The translations under genes were made by a program, and so were the position numbers. Of a stretch of 64,000 nucleotides of DNA, positions 1-9,022 are shown piece by piece. Numbering within the stretch: position 1 is the stretch's first letter; each line of letters starts with the position of its first letter. The notes below the pieces were generated by a model. It did no database searches. It was not told the DNA's origin and was given only the letters and a program-made list of their open reading frames with translations. This DNA is from Bacteroidota bacterium (GTDB taxonomy: Bacteria; Bacteroidota; Bacteroidia; Bacteroidales; SZUA-534), in the NCBI GenBank assembly GCA_003250355.1, contig QKGS01000052.1:1908-65907 (forward strand). The letters run 5' to 3'.

Positions 1-1270
1 GAATAGCATTATTATTGTGATTTTGACCTTGTTCAATATGGGGTTTTATGGGGTTCTCAATATTAAGTTTTATGAGGTTCTCATTATTGGAACTTTCGGG
101 CTTTGCTTTTTCATTTTGCAAAAAAAACTTTTTTTTCAGGGCTTCACTTTTTTCACTTTTTTCACGGGTTGAGGTTTCAACTGGTTTTTGTTCCGGCCGT
201 GGTGCTATTTTTATTTCAAGGCTTACAGGCTGTTTTCTGAACTGTTGCCAATCCTGTTTTATTAGATAGTCGGCAATGTCGTTTCCGTTCTGTTTATCCT
301 GTTCGGGTGCTAACTTTTCCAATAAGTCGGAAACATGAAACTTTGTACCCTGCAATTTGCTTTCAATCTCTTTGGCTTTATTGCTCCATAACTCAAAGGC
401 TTTGCCGTCTTTTGATAAGTCAGGAAATAAATAAACGTCTCTACCTTTCAACGTCTGGCACTTGTTGAGGTTCAAGCTGCTTAAATTGTAAACTGCCAAC
501 CAAAGAAAGTTTTCATTGTGTTCAGGATAACCAAAATACAACGAACAATAAACGGCTGTTTTTGGGGCTTCAATTAATGCAACCGGATTGTTTTTGTATT
601 TATTCAAAAGATGTTCACCAAACAAACAGCTTACCTTTGTTTCGTTCTTATTGTATGCTTGTAACCAGTCGGGCAAAGGTTTACTGTTTCGGGTGCAATG
701 TTTTTCAATAATAGAGTGTAAAAAATCCGTTCCGGTGGTGTGGTTAGTTTCGTCAAACTGTTTTACCTGAATAGCCCTAACCTTATTTTGAATATCAATG
801 AAAGGAAATGTAATTGCCCCTTTACGATACCCATTTTTAACCGTACCCAAATTATACAATGAAATTACTTTTTCAATGTCCGATACTTCAAACGGATATT
901 TCACACGGTTCAAAAGGTTTTGTATAAATACATTCTGTTCGTACGCTGAAAGCGTTTGTTTTAAAACCTCAACGGGAATAAATACAGGTTCAGGCTTTGG
1001 CTTTCTTTTTATTTGTGGCTTGTATGGTTTCCAGTTGTTCGGTAATTCCGAACTGTTGCCCTGTTCTTTTTGCCATATCATTTTTGCGTACCCGTCTGTA
1101 TAAGGATTAATGAAATAGCCGCAATTGCTCTCACGGTCGCAACGTCCGTACTGTTCGGGTAACAATTGCCCCTTTTCGGTGTCAATGTATCGTACAAAAC
1201 GCATTTTACCACATTCAGGGCAATGGTGCTTTTTACTGCCTTTCTCTAATATGTAACGATGTTCATTCAT
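1..1270 (-). CDS. Zinc-ribbon / Toprim-like primase-type replication protein of the integrative element (3' end runs off the window)
   Basis: Frame is open from ATG at 1270-1268 to position 2; I checked the frame by hand at three places. N-terminus MNEHRYILEKGSKKHHCPECGK...GRCDRESNCGY is a 4-Cys zinc ribbon. The start lies 1 nt after the upstream gene's stop. It is missing from the ORF track because no stop lies in the window. Confidence 0.6.
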   Translation of the reverse strand, partial: MNEHRYILEKGSKKHHCPECGKMRFVRYIDTEKGQLLPEQYGRCDRESNCGYFINPYTDGYAKMIWQKEQGNSSELPNNWKPYKPQIKRKPKPEPVFIPVEVLKQTLSAYEQNVFIQNLLNRVKYPFEVSDIEKVISLYNLGTVKNGYRKGAITFPFIDIQNKVRAIQVKQFDETNHTTGTDFLHSIIEKHCTRNSKPLPDWLQAYNKNETKVSCLFGEHLLNKYKNNPVALIEAPKTAVYCSLYFGYPEHNENFLWLAVYNLSSLNLNKCQTLKGRDVYLFPDLSKDGKAFELWSNKAKEIESKLQGTKFHVSDLLEKLAPEQDKQNGNDIADYLIKQDWQQFRKQPVSLEIKIAPRPEQKPVETSTREKSEKSEALKKKFFLQNEKAKPESSNNENLIKLNIENPIKPHIEQGQNHNNNAI

Positions 1271-1271
1271 A

Positions 1272-2831
1272 TTAGTAAGGCATCTTATTATTTGTCAAAT
1301 ATGCCACATTACCCACGTTTAAACGTTCGATAATTACCCCGAAGCCTGTTAACCTTTTAATAAAGTTTGATTTGTTCACGGGTTTAAAACCGTCCTCAAT
1401 ACAAAAGGCTCTGTATTCGTTGTATAGTTCTTTTATTAATCGGTAATCGGTGGGGCTGTTTTTGTATTCGTTTTCGTCAACAAACATTTTAACACTATCG
1501 GACTGGTTTTTATATTGCTCAACTGCCTTTTGCACGGCTTCACATTCTGTAAAACGCTTTTGCTTCAATAGTCGGTTAAGCCCCTCTAATACCCAGTTAA
1601 AAACGCCTGAAAGTTCGCTTTCAATTATTTTGGTATGTAGCTGTTTATCCTGTTCATGTGGTGGTATGGTTACATCAAAAGGAACAATTAAAAACCGCCT
1701 GAAATAAGCGTTTGTATGTTCAACATCTTTGGGTAACTCATTACAGTTAAAAATAAGTTTGGCATATTGTTTTATTGTGTACGGTTGACCGTATAAGGCA
1801 CGGGCTTCAATTGGTTCACCCGAAACAATTTGTTTGAAAATTGCACTTTCAAGTTTGCCGTTTATTTCACTTGCATAGTTTACTAATTTGGTAGCTATTT
1901 GCGCCCTATACTCACCCCTTGTATTTGTAAGGTTTTCAAGTGTGAAATGGCTTATATTTTCCATTCCGATTAAAGCGTTTACAACCTCAAAGAATACGCT
2001 TTTACCATTTGCGCCCGTTCCGTACAATATCAGGGCTTTTTCTTCTTTTAGTCGGTTGTTGCCATGTTTGATAAATACAAAGCCTAAATATTCAGCTAAT
2101 ACCTTTTGACGGTCTTTATCGGGTAATACTCTGTTTAAATATTGCTCAAATAGTGGGGCTGTTGCCTGTGGGTTGTATTCAAATGGTAACTGATAAGTAA
2201 TAAAGTCCGTTCGGTTAAATGGTCTTAGTTCTGTTCCCTGTGGCTTTATTTCAAATGTTCCGTTTTGTAGGTTAATAAATACCGTGTCTTTGTCGGTTTC
2301 CGGTGTGGGTAAATATGCCGTTCCTAAAAACTGTTTGTATAATTGTTCCCTGAACTGGTAAAACCTTGCTGAAAACTTAGCAACACCCATTTTTTCGGTG
2401 GCTTCACCTAAGAACTTTTGAAAGGTTTCTTTGTCAATTTCAGCCCAGTAAGTACCGTTATACAAGTAAATAAAATCATGGTTTTTGCATAAGCCCCAAC
2501 GGTTTTTTTCTGCAACCTTTATAACGTTTTCAATTGACAATACTAAATAATGCTTTGTATTGACCTTTATTTTATCCAGTCGCTTTCTTACATCTTTTGC
2601 CTGTTCGCTTTCGGGTTCGATGCTTTCCAGTTGCTTTCTTAATTGTTTAACTTCGGGAAACGCCAACGCTTCAAAGTCCAACGGCTCAAACTGTTTTATG
2701 AGTTTATCCAGTATTTCGGTGTGTGGGGTTGGCTCTTTTTTCTTTGTAAGTTCCTTAACGTGGTTTACAAATGTTTCAGCATTTTCAAGGTCAAGGAATA
2801 CGGGGTTTATCTCTTTATTATTCATTCTCAA
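1272..2831 (-). CDS. P4-family phage/plasmid primase-helicase (D5_N-like region + SF3 NTPase)
   Basis: 519 aa. Walker A in LILYGTGANGKSVFFEVV, followed by FNCNELP and FRRFLIVPF, which is typical of the TIGR01613-type C-terminal domain. Overlaps the upstream ORF by 14 nt. Confidence 0.8.
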   Translation of the reverse strand: MRMNNKEINPVFLDLENAETFVNHVKELTKKKEPTPHTEILDKLIKQFEPLDFEALAFPEVKQLRKQLESIEPESEQAKDVRKRLDKIKVNTKHYLVLSIENVIKVAEKNRWGLCKNHDFIYLYNGTYWAEIDKETFQKFLGEATEKMGVAKFSARFYQFREQLYKQFLGTAYLPTPETDKDTVFINLQNGTFEIKPQGTELRPFNRTDFITYQLPFEYNPQATAPLFEQYLNRVLPDKDRQKVLAEYLGFVFIKHGNNRLKEEKALILYGTGANGKSVFFEVVNALIGMENISHFTLENLTNTRGEYRAQIATKLVNYASEINGKLESAIFKQIVSGEPIEARALYGQPYTIKQYAKLIFNCNELPKDVEHTNAYFRRFLIVPFDVTIPPHEQDKQLHTKIIESELSGVFNWVLEGLNRLLKQKRFTECEAVQKAVEQYKNQSDSVKMFVDENEYKNSPTDYRLIKELYNEYRAFCIEDGFKPVNKSNFIKRLTGFGVIIERLNVGNVAYLTNNKMPY

Positions 2832-3195
2832 ACATCTTTAATTGTGTATCACTTGACTTTTGCTCTTTGGGGTTGGTACTTACAAGGTGTGCAAGGTCGC
2901 CTGTATAAGGGCATCGAAATTCATCTGTTGACGAAACCAATTGCCCCAACTTTTCTAAACGCCTTTTGTATTTTGTTCCGGCTTCAACGGGAACATACAT
3001 TGCCTCACAAACTGCCTTATTTGTTGTGGTTACGTACCATAAAGCTAACTTGTACCGCCTTAACTCTGAATACTCTTTAATAAGCTGTGAAAGTGGTTTG
3101 CCCGTGCCGTTTTCAACCTGTGTTCTTATGAATTGCAGCGTAAAAGCCCTATCTTTGAACTGTCTTTTATGTAAGGGGGTGAATGGGTTACTCAT
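2818..3195 (-). CDS. Small element-encoded hypothetical protein (possible DNA-binding)
   Basis: 125-aa ORF translationally coupled on both sides: an 8-nt overlap with the HTH gene stop (ATGAGTAA) and a 14-nt overlap with the primase-helicase start. Confidence 0.5.
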   Translation of the reverse strand: MSNPFTPLHKRQFKDRAFTLQFIRTQVENGTGKPLSQLIKEYSELRRYKLALWYVTTTNKAVCEAMYVPVEAGTKYKRRLEKLGQLVSSTDEFRCPYTGDLAHLVSTNPKEQKSSDTQLKMFENE

Positions 3196-3545
3196 GTTTG
3201 CCCCCCTTCTTTTTTAGGTAGCTTTCGGCTTCAATTTCAGCGTTTGATTTTCGCTTACCTGTTTTTAACCACTCGTCTATTTCCGACTTTAAGAATACGA
3301 GATTTTTTCCATTTTTGTGGTAAGGAACTAGCCCCCTTGACACAATACTATACCATGTTGGCTTTGTGCTTTGTTCTTTTGGCAGGGTCGTACTTTATAA
3401 GTTCATCGAGGTTAAACCATTGGTCGGGCTGTTCGATGTTTTGATGTTCCTGCTTTTCGATTAACAGGCGTTTTAATTCACTAACCTCTTTAGTTAGCAT
3501 TGTTACCGCTTGGGGTAAATCATTGAAAGTTAAATTTTCAGTCAT
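3188..3545 (-). pseudogene. Excisionase-type HTH (HTH_17/MerR-like) gene split by a +1 frameshift
   Basis: The N-terminal part (3348-3545) ends ...YDPAKRTKHKANMV*. The next frame continues KPTWYSIVSRGLVPYHKNGKNLVFLKSEIDEWLKTGKRKSNAEIEAESYLKKKGGKHE and stops at 3188-3190. Deleting one copy of the 7-bp duplication restores ...DPAKRTKPTWYSIVSRG... Confidence 0.75.
3361..3374. repeat. Perfect 7-bp tandem duplication GCTTTGT GCTTTGT (ACAAAGC x2 on the coding strand)
   Basis: Read directly from the sequence at 3361-3367 and 3368-3374. It lies exactly at the frame break of the HTH gene. Confidence 0.95.
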
Positions 3546-3642
3546 AACGAAAGTATTTTTGTTTGTAATACTTTGCGAAGTACTGAAACGGGAAACCGCT
3601 TAATTCACGTAAAAAAAACGTGTTTACGGGAACTTATATTTA

Positions 3643-5262
3643 TTAGTATAATAGCATCAGTTTTTTTACTTCGTCTTTGTTTTTCTGATTTACCCTCCAA
3701 AAGTTCTTTTCCGAATACCCTTTATAATCTACAAAGCTACTCTCCCACAAGTTAAATAAAGTTTTCGCTCTTGTTCTTTGTGTATGAAAGTCTGATTTTC
3801 TCAATTCATCAAACAAATACAAAAATGAAAGTTGTGTGTAATAATCATTTGTATTTACTGTTTGTATTGGTTCAGCAATTTCAGGCACTTCAAAATTATT
3901 CTCATAAAATAATGTAGTCCACTTAATTAGTTTATCAAAGTCATTCTGATTTAAAATTTGCCTCCCTTTTCGTGGGCAATTCCCTAATAAAAAGCCTAGA
4001 TGATACCTTATTTTTTCGTAAAGTTCGTTTTCTTTCTGTTCTTCTTCTTGCTTTTCGCTCTGTTGAGGTGGCAACGTTTTAAAGTATTCCTGAAATAAAG
4101 GGGCAAAAAGGTTATTACTTGAAAAAACAGTACTCCATGCCCTGTAAAAATACCCTTGTTGTTGCCCGTTTTCAAAGGCGTTTACTATTTCATTGTTTTG
4201 GTTGGTTGTAAATCCGGTACGTAAATTAGCCCAACCATGTTTAAATAACAGGTATTCAAATACCTTATTTACATAGTCCTGCTTATCGGGAAACGGTGTT
4301 AAATAGAGATTTATTTGCGTATTGTCGAACTCATTAAAGCCATCCTGAAAACCTTTTGCATATTCTTTTAAATAGGGTATTAAATCAGCAAAATACTTTA
4401 TTGCTTTTCCATCAATAAACATTTGTCTATGACTTACCCCTGTTAACTTCCAAACTAAATCAGAACGGGAATAATAAGCCCCGTAAACAATATTTGAATA
4501 AGGGTGCAAAGCTGTTTCTTTGTTGCCTACAAAACCGGTGTCTTTCATTTTCTGAAATTCACTATCAGATAATAGGTTACTGGTAGGTAAATGATAATAT
4601 TTATAAATACTATCATCAATATCGAAGTTACTTAATAGATAATCGTGTGTTAATTCTTTGGGTACAATTTCGGATTGTTCGGTTTTGTCGAATATCCAAT
4701 TTGTTGTACCAAAGTTCAGGCGTAAATAATCTATAAAATGTTTGTTTATCAATTCCCTTTTTTCAACCGATTCGATTTTGTTCAGTTTAGTTAGTAACCA
4801 GTCTTTATAAAGAAAGTATTTAGCATAGACCTGAACTGCATTACTATTGAAATAACTAAAAACATGAGGAAAAAACGGCTTATTATCATTTTTATAATAG
4901 TCATTTGCTAACCTTGAATATTCGTATAAATCTGATTCTTTCGGGTCTGCCCACTTATTTTTAAATGTTTCAGTAGTTGAAAGTTGATTTGCCTTTTCTA
5001 TGAAGTTGTTTATTGCTGCTAATTCATCTTTTATTATCTTTTCTGTTGGTTTGCCGTATTTTTCATTGAAAAGCTTTTGCAATGTTTCAAAATATCTTTG
5101 TGCATGAAGTTTTTCAAATTGTTCAAACAATTCATCTCTATTTTGAGCTTCGGGTATTATGCTGTATTCATCGCCAATTTTGCAGCCCAACCGTTCGGCA
5201 TCTTCTTTGGTTGCTTTCCTTTTAACCCTTATTGATTGTTCGTATTTTTCTGATTCGGTCAT
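3643..5262 (-). CDS. Hypothetical 539-aa cargo protein, no domain recognised
   Basis: Long uninterrupted ORF between the xis-like gene and the integrase. No TM segment, signal peptide, Walker motif or nuclease motif seen. Rich in Y/F/N/K, with an internal acidic stretch QQSEKQEEEQKENE. Confidence 0.6.
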   Translation of the reverse strand: MTESEKYEQSIRVKRKATKEDAERLGCKIGDEYSIIPEAQNRDELFEQFEKLHAQRYFETLQKLFNEKYGKPTEKIIKDELAAINNFIEKANQLSTTETFKNKWADPKESDLYEYSRLANDYYKNDNKPFFPHVFSYFNSNAVQVYAKYFLYKDWLLTKLNKIESVEKRELINKHFIDYLRLNFGTTNWIFDKTEQSEIVPKELTHDYLLSNFDIDDSIYKYYHLPTSNLLSDSEFQKMKDTGFVGNKETALHPYSNIVYGAYYSRSDLVWKLTGVSHRQMFIDGKAIKYFADLIPYLKEYAKGFQDGFNEFDNTQINLYLTPFPDKQDYVNKVFEYLLFKHGWANLRTGFTTNQNNEIVNAFENGQQQGYFYRAWSTVFSSNNLFAPLFQEYFKTLPPQQSEKQEEEQKENELYEKIRYHLGFLLGNCPRKGRQILNQNDFDKLIKWTTLFYENNFEVPEIAEPIQTVNTNDYYTQLSFLYLFDELRKSDFHTQRTRAKTLFNLWESSFVDYKGYSEKNFWRVNQKNKDEVKKLMLLY

Positions 5263-5284
5263 TGTCTTTTATGCTTAGTAGGGT

Positions 5285-6562
5285 TTACAAATCCAGTTTA
5301 ATATTATCGGCTGCTTTGCGTTTGGCTTCGTCCACAATCTTAGCGTAAACCTGTGTTGTTTTCAGGTCTTTATGCCCTAACATTTTCGAGACGGTATAAA
5401 TATCTGTACCGTTAAATAGTTGCAGGGTAGCGAAGGTGTGGCGAAAACAATGAAACGTTATGTCTTTAGTTATTCCGGCTGCTCCAATCCATTGAAACAG
5501 GTGTTTATTGGCATAGGCTGAATATTTAAGCCCCTCAAACACCTTTTTATCCTGTTCCATGTCCTTTGGGTTTTGTGTACCCTCTGTAAAGCTGTAAGCC
5601 TGTTCTGATATTGGGAATACCTCAACACCTTTGGTTTTCTGTTGGTCGAAGTTTAAAAAGTATCCTTGACCTTCAACATAAACCAGTTCACACCAAACCA
5701 TTTTACTAATATCGGAAAAACGAAGCCCCGTTAATGCTGAAAACAACGCTGCACGTTTCAATAAATTATCATTGCACGGGGTTTTAACCAGTTTATTAAG
5801 TTCGTCAAGGGTTAAATACTCCCTTCGTGTTTCGGCTGCTTTTATAGGCTGTACTTTACTGTTGAGGTCGGTTTGTAAAATACCGTCTTTGTATGCCTGT
5901 TTTAATGTTGCCTTTACTTTATTAAAATATGAAACCGCTGAATTTTGCGAAAGTGTTGTTTTATCGCTTCGGTTGCTTTTAGTGGTTAACAGGTATTCTT
6001 TAAAGTCCTCTAAAAAACGTTCGTTGAGGTTAGCAAATGTTAACTTTCCATTGGTAAAACTTTCAAGGTAATTATAAGCAGAAACCCAGTTATCATGGTT
6101 TGAGTTTTTGCGTTTATCGGCTAACTTTCTGAAATACTCAATAAAACTTTGTTCGCCTTTTGCTTTTTCCTGTTTATCCTTTTCAATTAAACGTCTTTCT
6201 ATTTCCGTTAAGTCTGAATTTTCATTTAATTGTTTATACTTCAAAGCCTGAATATTTTCAGCTTTTTTCATTGTATTTTCATTGTGCAATTTTCGGGTTT
6301 CGTTTATTGAAACATCAGCACTATAAACGGGTATTTCTTTTACCTCACCTTTAGCATTTTTACGCTTATTGTATTTTATAGGTTCATAAACATAAAGCCC
6401 TAAAAATTCCCTTCGGGTTTCATAAATTAATTTGCCCTTTTTATTCTTTTTGGGTTCATCTAAGGGAACAGGTGGGTAAAAGTCAAGGTATAAGAATTTT
6501 TTACCCTTATCATTCGCTGATTTTTCCCGTAAAGTAACATTATAAGTATTTTTCTTTGCCAT
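5285..6562 (-). CDS. Tyrosine-type site-specific recombinase / integrase
   Basis: 425 aa. Catalytic signature LTGLRFSDI ... HCFRHTFAT ... LGHKDLKTTQVYA (R, H-x-x-R, H, Y). The long N-terminal arm/SAM-like region is typical of Bacteroidota element integrases. Confidence 0.9.
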   Translation of the reverse strand: MAKKNTYNVTLREKSANDKGKKFLYLDFYPPVPLDEPKKNKKGKLIYETRREFLGLYVYEPIKYNKRKNAKGEVKEIPVYSADVSINETRKLHNENTMKKAENIQALKYKQLNENSDLTEIERRLIEKDKQEKAKGEQSFIEYFRKLADKRKNSNHDNWVSAYNYLESFTNGKLTFANLNERFLEDFKEYLLTTKSNRSDKTTLSQNSAVSYFNKVKATLKQAYKDGILQTDLNSKVQPIKAAETRREYLTLDELNKLVKTPCNDNLLKRAALFSALTGLRFSDISKMVWCELVYVEGQGYFLNFDQQKTKGVEVFPISEQAYSFTEGTQNPKDMEQDKKVFEGLKYSAYANKHLFQWIGAAGITKDITFHCFRHTFATLQLFNGTDIYTVSKMLGHKDLKTTQVYAKIVDEAKRKAADNIKLDL

Positions 6563-6623
6563 TGTCTTTTATGCTTTTGTGAAAATAGTGAAAAAGGTGA
6601 ACGCTTTAAAACAAAATTATTTT

Positions 6624-7373
6624 TTACTCTATTCTTATTACATGGTGTTCGTCAAAGTGCTTTTTTGATATTTTACTAAACTTACCGTCTTTAGATTTCG
6701 GTATCTTAAACCGATTCACACGGCTATAAATTTGGTCTTTACTCAACCCGTATTTATTAATTATATCCTGAACCGTGTACCATTCTTTAATATGCTGTAT
6801 GTTTTTATTCTTATCAGTAAAATATTTGTCGATATGCTTTTTTGAAACAAAGGTTTTGCCATTGCTCATGGTCTTAGGCATTCGATTTTCTTTTATGATT
6901 TTAAAAACCCATGTATTACTAATATTGTATTTCTGTTTTATTTCGTCAATAGTATAAAATTCAGTAATTGGCTTTCGTTCTTTAAGCGTTGGCTTTTCGT
7001 ATGCCTGTCTGCTTTCAAACAATTCAATCAACTGATATTTAAAAAACAATACTTTCCGGTTACTCATACGCTTACCATAAATAACCCCTGAATTAAGCCA
7101 ATTATAAATAGTTTGTCGGCTTACTGACAAATACAAAGCTGCTTCGCTAACTGTTAATACATCTTTGTATTGTATGGTTTTAAGTTCCGAATAGGTATTT
7201 TCATTTACTGCCTGTGTTTCAATATTTGATTGATTAATTTTATTAGCCCTAAATATATTTTTATAGGCTTTCCCATTACATGACTTACTGCAAAACCTTG
7301 TTACTGTGGTTTTGGCTTCAAATTGCTTACCGCAATATTCACAAACTCTTAATATTGAAATATTACTACTCAT
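6624..7373 (-). CDS. Zinc-ribbon + three tandem excisionase-like HTH domains (DNA-binding protein)
   Basis: N-terminal CEYCGKQF...FCSKSC zinc ribbon. Three repeats follow of the pattern (L/Y)T(V/I)xE...Y(L/N/G)(V/I/L)Sxxx(I/V)(Y/F)...(K/H)(Y/H)(Q/I/F): LTVSEAALYLSVSRQTIYNWL, YTIDEIKQKYNISNTWVFKII and YTVQDIINKYGLSKDQIYSRV. Confidence 0.65.
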   Translation of the reverse strand: MSSNISILRVCEYCGKQFEAKTTVTRFCSKSCNGKAYKNIFRANKINQSNIETQAVNENTYSELKTIQYKDVLTVSEAALYLSVSRQTIYNWLNSGVIYGKRMSNRKVLFFKYQLIELFESRQAYEKPTLKERKPITEFYTIDEIKQKYNISNTWVFKIIKENRMPKTMSNGKTFVSKKHIDKYFTDKNKNIQHIKEWYTVQDIINKYGLSKDQIYSRVNRFKIPKSKDGKFSKISKKHFDEHHVIRIE

Positions 7374-7397
7374 TTACTTTTAATAAAGTCGCCTAAA

Positions 7398-7446
7398 ATG
7401 TCAAATATTGTAAACTATTGTACAATCATGTCAAATAATGTCAAAT
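7398..7446 (+). promoter_or_regulatory. Three direct copies of ATGTCAAAT (7398-7406, 7428-7436, 7438-7446) upstream of the triple-HTH gene
   Basis: Exact 9-mers read from the sequence, 25-73 nt upstream of the ATG at 7373. Candidate operator or arm-type sites. Confidence 0.5.
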
Positions 7447-7484
7447 TCATACACTAAAAAGACAAATAAAAAAGGGTTATTTTT

Positions 7485-7528
7485 TGTACCTCAACCCCAA
7501 AGGTACAATAAAGGTACAAATTTGTACC
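7485..7528. repeat. GGTACA/TGTACC motif cluster including the perfect 16-bp palindrome GGTACAAATTTGTACC (7513-7528)
   Basis: TGTACC at 7485-7490 and GGTACA at 7502-7507 form an inverted pair. The palindrome is at 7513-7528. Candidate core or att-type recombinase site at the element edge. Confidence 0.5.
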
Positions 7529-7572
7529 TAATAAACGAATAATAACACAAAATAAATTTAACTTAGCAATAT

Positions 7573-7597
7573 TAAAAAAGCCCTATTTATAGGGCTC
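7573..7597 (-). terminator. Rho-independent terminator of mnmE
   Basis: The minus strand reads AGCCCTA-TAAA-TAGGGCT followed by TTTTTT, 46 nt after the mnmE stop. Confidence 0.75.
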
Positions 7598-7642
7598 AAT
7601 AGTAGTTTTTAATATGTTTAATGATTATTTATTTTGTGTCGG

Positions 7643-9022
7643 TTACTTTCCGATACAGAACTGACCAAAAATATTCCCCAAAACTTCATCAGTAGTAATT
7701 TCCTCCCCTGTAATCCCTGCCAAATAATGTATTGCTTCCCTTATATCCATTGCAAGAAAATCATGTGTTACACCCAAATCCATTCCCAAAACAGCACGCT
7801 CTAGCGATTGCTTAGACAATTCCAAAGCCTCCAAATGCCTCACATTTGAAACTATTACACTATTATTTTCGAGTTGTTCAATACCTGAAATACTATTCAA
7901 TAAATCAAATAATTTATCAATATTATAATACGACTTAGCCGATATTGATATAGTTGCAAATGCTTTATCTCTAAAATCGTAAGAACAAACCTCATTATTA
8001 TCAGCCTTATTTAAAACAACAATTATTTTTTTGTCGCCATCTGTTTTATCAATAAGTTTTGTTAGTTCATGTTCAATTTCTTGTAAAGTCTTTTTTATAT
8101 CAAACATTGCCAGTATAATACTAGCTTGCTCAATTTTACGGTACGTTCGTTCTATCCCTATACTCTCTATTACATCGCTGGTTTCTCTTAAACCAGCAGT
8201 GTCAATAAATCGGTAAGTGATTCCGTTAAAAACAAAAGTATCTTCAATAGCATCTCTGGTTGTTCCGGCAATGTCTGATACTATTGCTTTTTCATCACCT
8301 AAAATTGCATTTAGCAACGTCGATTTTCCAACATTTGGTTCACCTACAATTGCAACAGGTATTCCATTTTTAATTGCATTACCAAGTTTAAAAGAGCCTA
8401 TTAGCTTATCAATTAACTTGATAAGCTTATCTACAATACTTTTTAATTGTGTTCTGTCAGCAAACTCTACATCTTCTTCGCTAAAGTCTAGTTCAAGTTC
8501 AATTAAAGAAATAAATTGCAATAGCTCCTGTCTCAGTAAAGCCAATTCATTTGAAATGCCTCCCCGCATTTGATTCATTGCAATTTTATGAGCAGCCTCT
8601 GTCGACGACGAAATTAAGTCAGATACTGCTTCCGCTTGCGAAAGATCCATCTTTCCATTCAAATATGCCCGCTGCGTAAACTCTCCCGGGCTAGCAAGTC
8701 GTGCGCCATTTTTTATTAATAGATGCAATATCTTTTGCTGTATAAATACTGAGCCATGACAAGTTATCTCAACAATATCCTCACCGGTATATGTTCCGGG
8801 AGATTTAAATAACGAAAGCATCACTTCGTCAATCAATATATTATTGTCAATAATTCGTCCAAAATGGACAGTATGACTTAACTCATTCTCCAATATTCGG
8901 GAACCCGATTTATAGCTAAATACTTTTGAGGCTATTAATAATGCTTCATTCCCTGTTATTCTAACAATAGCCATTGCACCTTGCCCTGTGGCTGTAGATA
9001 TTGCACATATTGTATCTCTCAT
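7643..9022 (-). CDS. mnmE: tRNA modification GTPase MnmE (TrmE)
   Basis: 459 aa. G-domain GEPNVGKSTLLN, DTAGLRE, NKAD. C-terminal FCIGK motif. Confidence 0.95.
   Translation of the reverse strand: MRDTICAISTATGQGAMAIVRITGNEALLIASKVFSYKSGSRILENELSHTVHFGRIIDNNILIDEVMLSLFKSPGTYTGEDIVEITCHGSVFIQQKILHLLIKNGARLASPGEFTQRAYLNGKMDLSQAEAVSDLISSSTEAAHKIAMNQMRGGISNELALLRQELLQFISLIELELDFSEEDVEFADRTQLKSIVDKLIKLIDKLIGSFKLGNAIKNGIPVAIVGEPNVGKSTLLNAILGDEKAIVSDIAGTTRDAIEDTFVFNGITYRFIDTAGLRETSDVIESIGIERTYRKIEQASIILAMFDIKKTLQEIEHELTKLIDKTDGDKKIIVVLNKADNNEVCSYDFRDKAFATISISAKSYYNIDKLFDLLNSISGIEQLENNSVIVSNVRHLEALELSKQSLERAVLGMDLGVTHDFLAMDIREAIHYLAGITGEEITTDEVLGNIFGQFCIGK

Larger units (their letters stand above)
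1..7530. mobile_element. Integrative (P4-like / mobilizable-island-like) element, right-hand portion. The left end is outside the window and the right end is uncertain, between 7374 and ~7572.
   Basis: All seven ORFs run on the minus strand and are replication, recombination, HTH or hypothetical cargo genes: primase, primase-helicase, small ORF, xis-like, cargo, integrase, HTH. The housekeeping gene mnmE and its terminator follow immediately. No phage structural genes. Confidence 0.7.

Noticed and set aside
3606-3622. CACGT-A8-ACGTG inverted repeat downstream of the 539-aa cargo gene as its terminator.
   Set aside because: The stem is only 5 bp, and the A/T run forms the loop rather than a trailing U-tract. 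That is too weak to call.
1-7530. The integrated region might be a prophage.
   Set aside because: The visible part has no capsid, tail, terminase, portal or lysis genes. The gene content fits an integrative satellite or island. The missing left part could change this.
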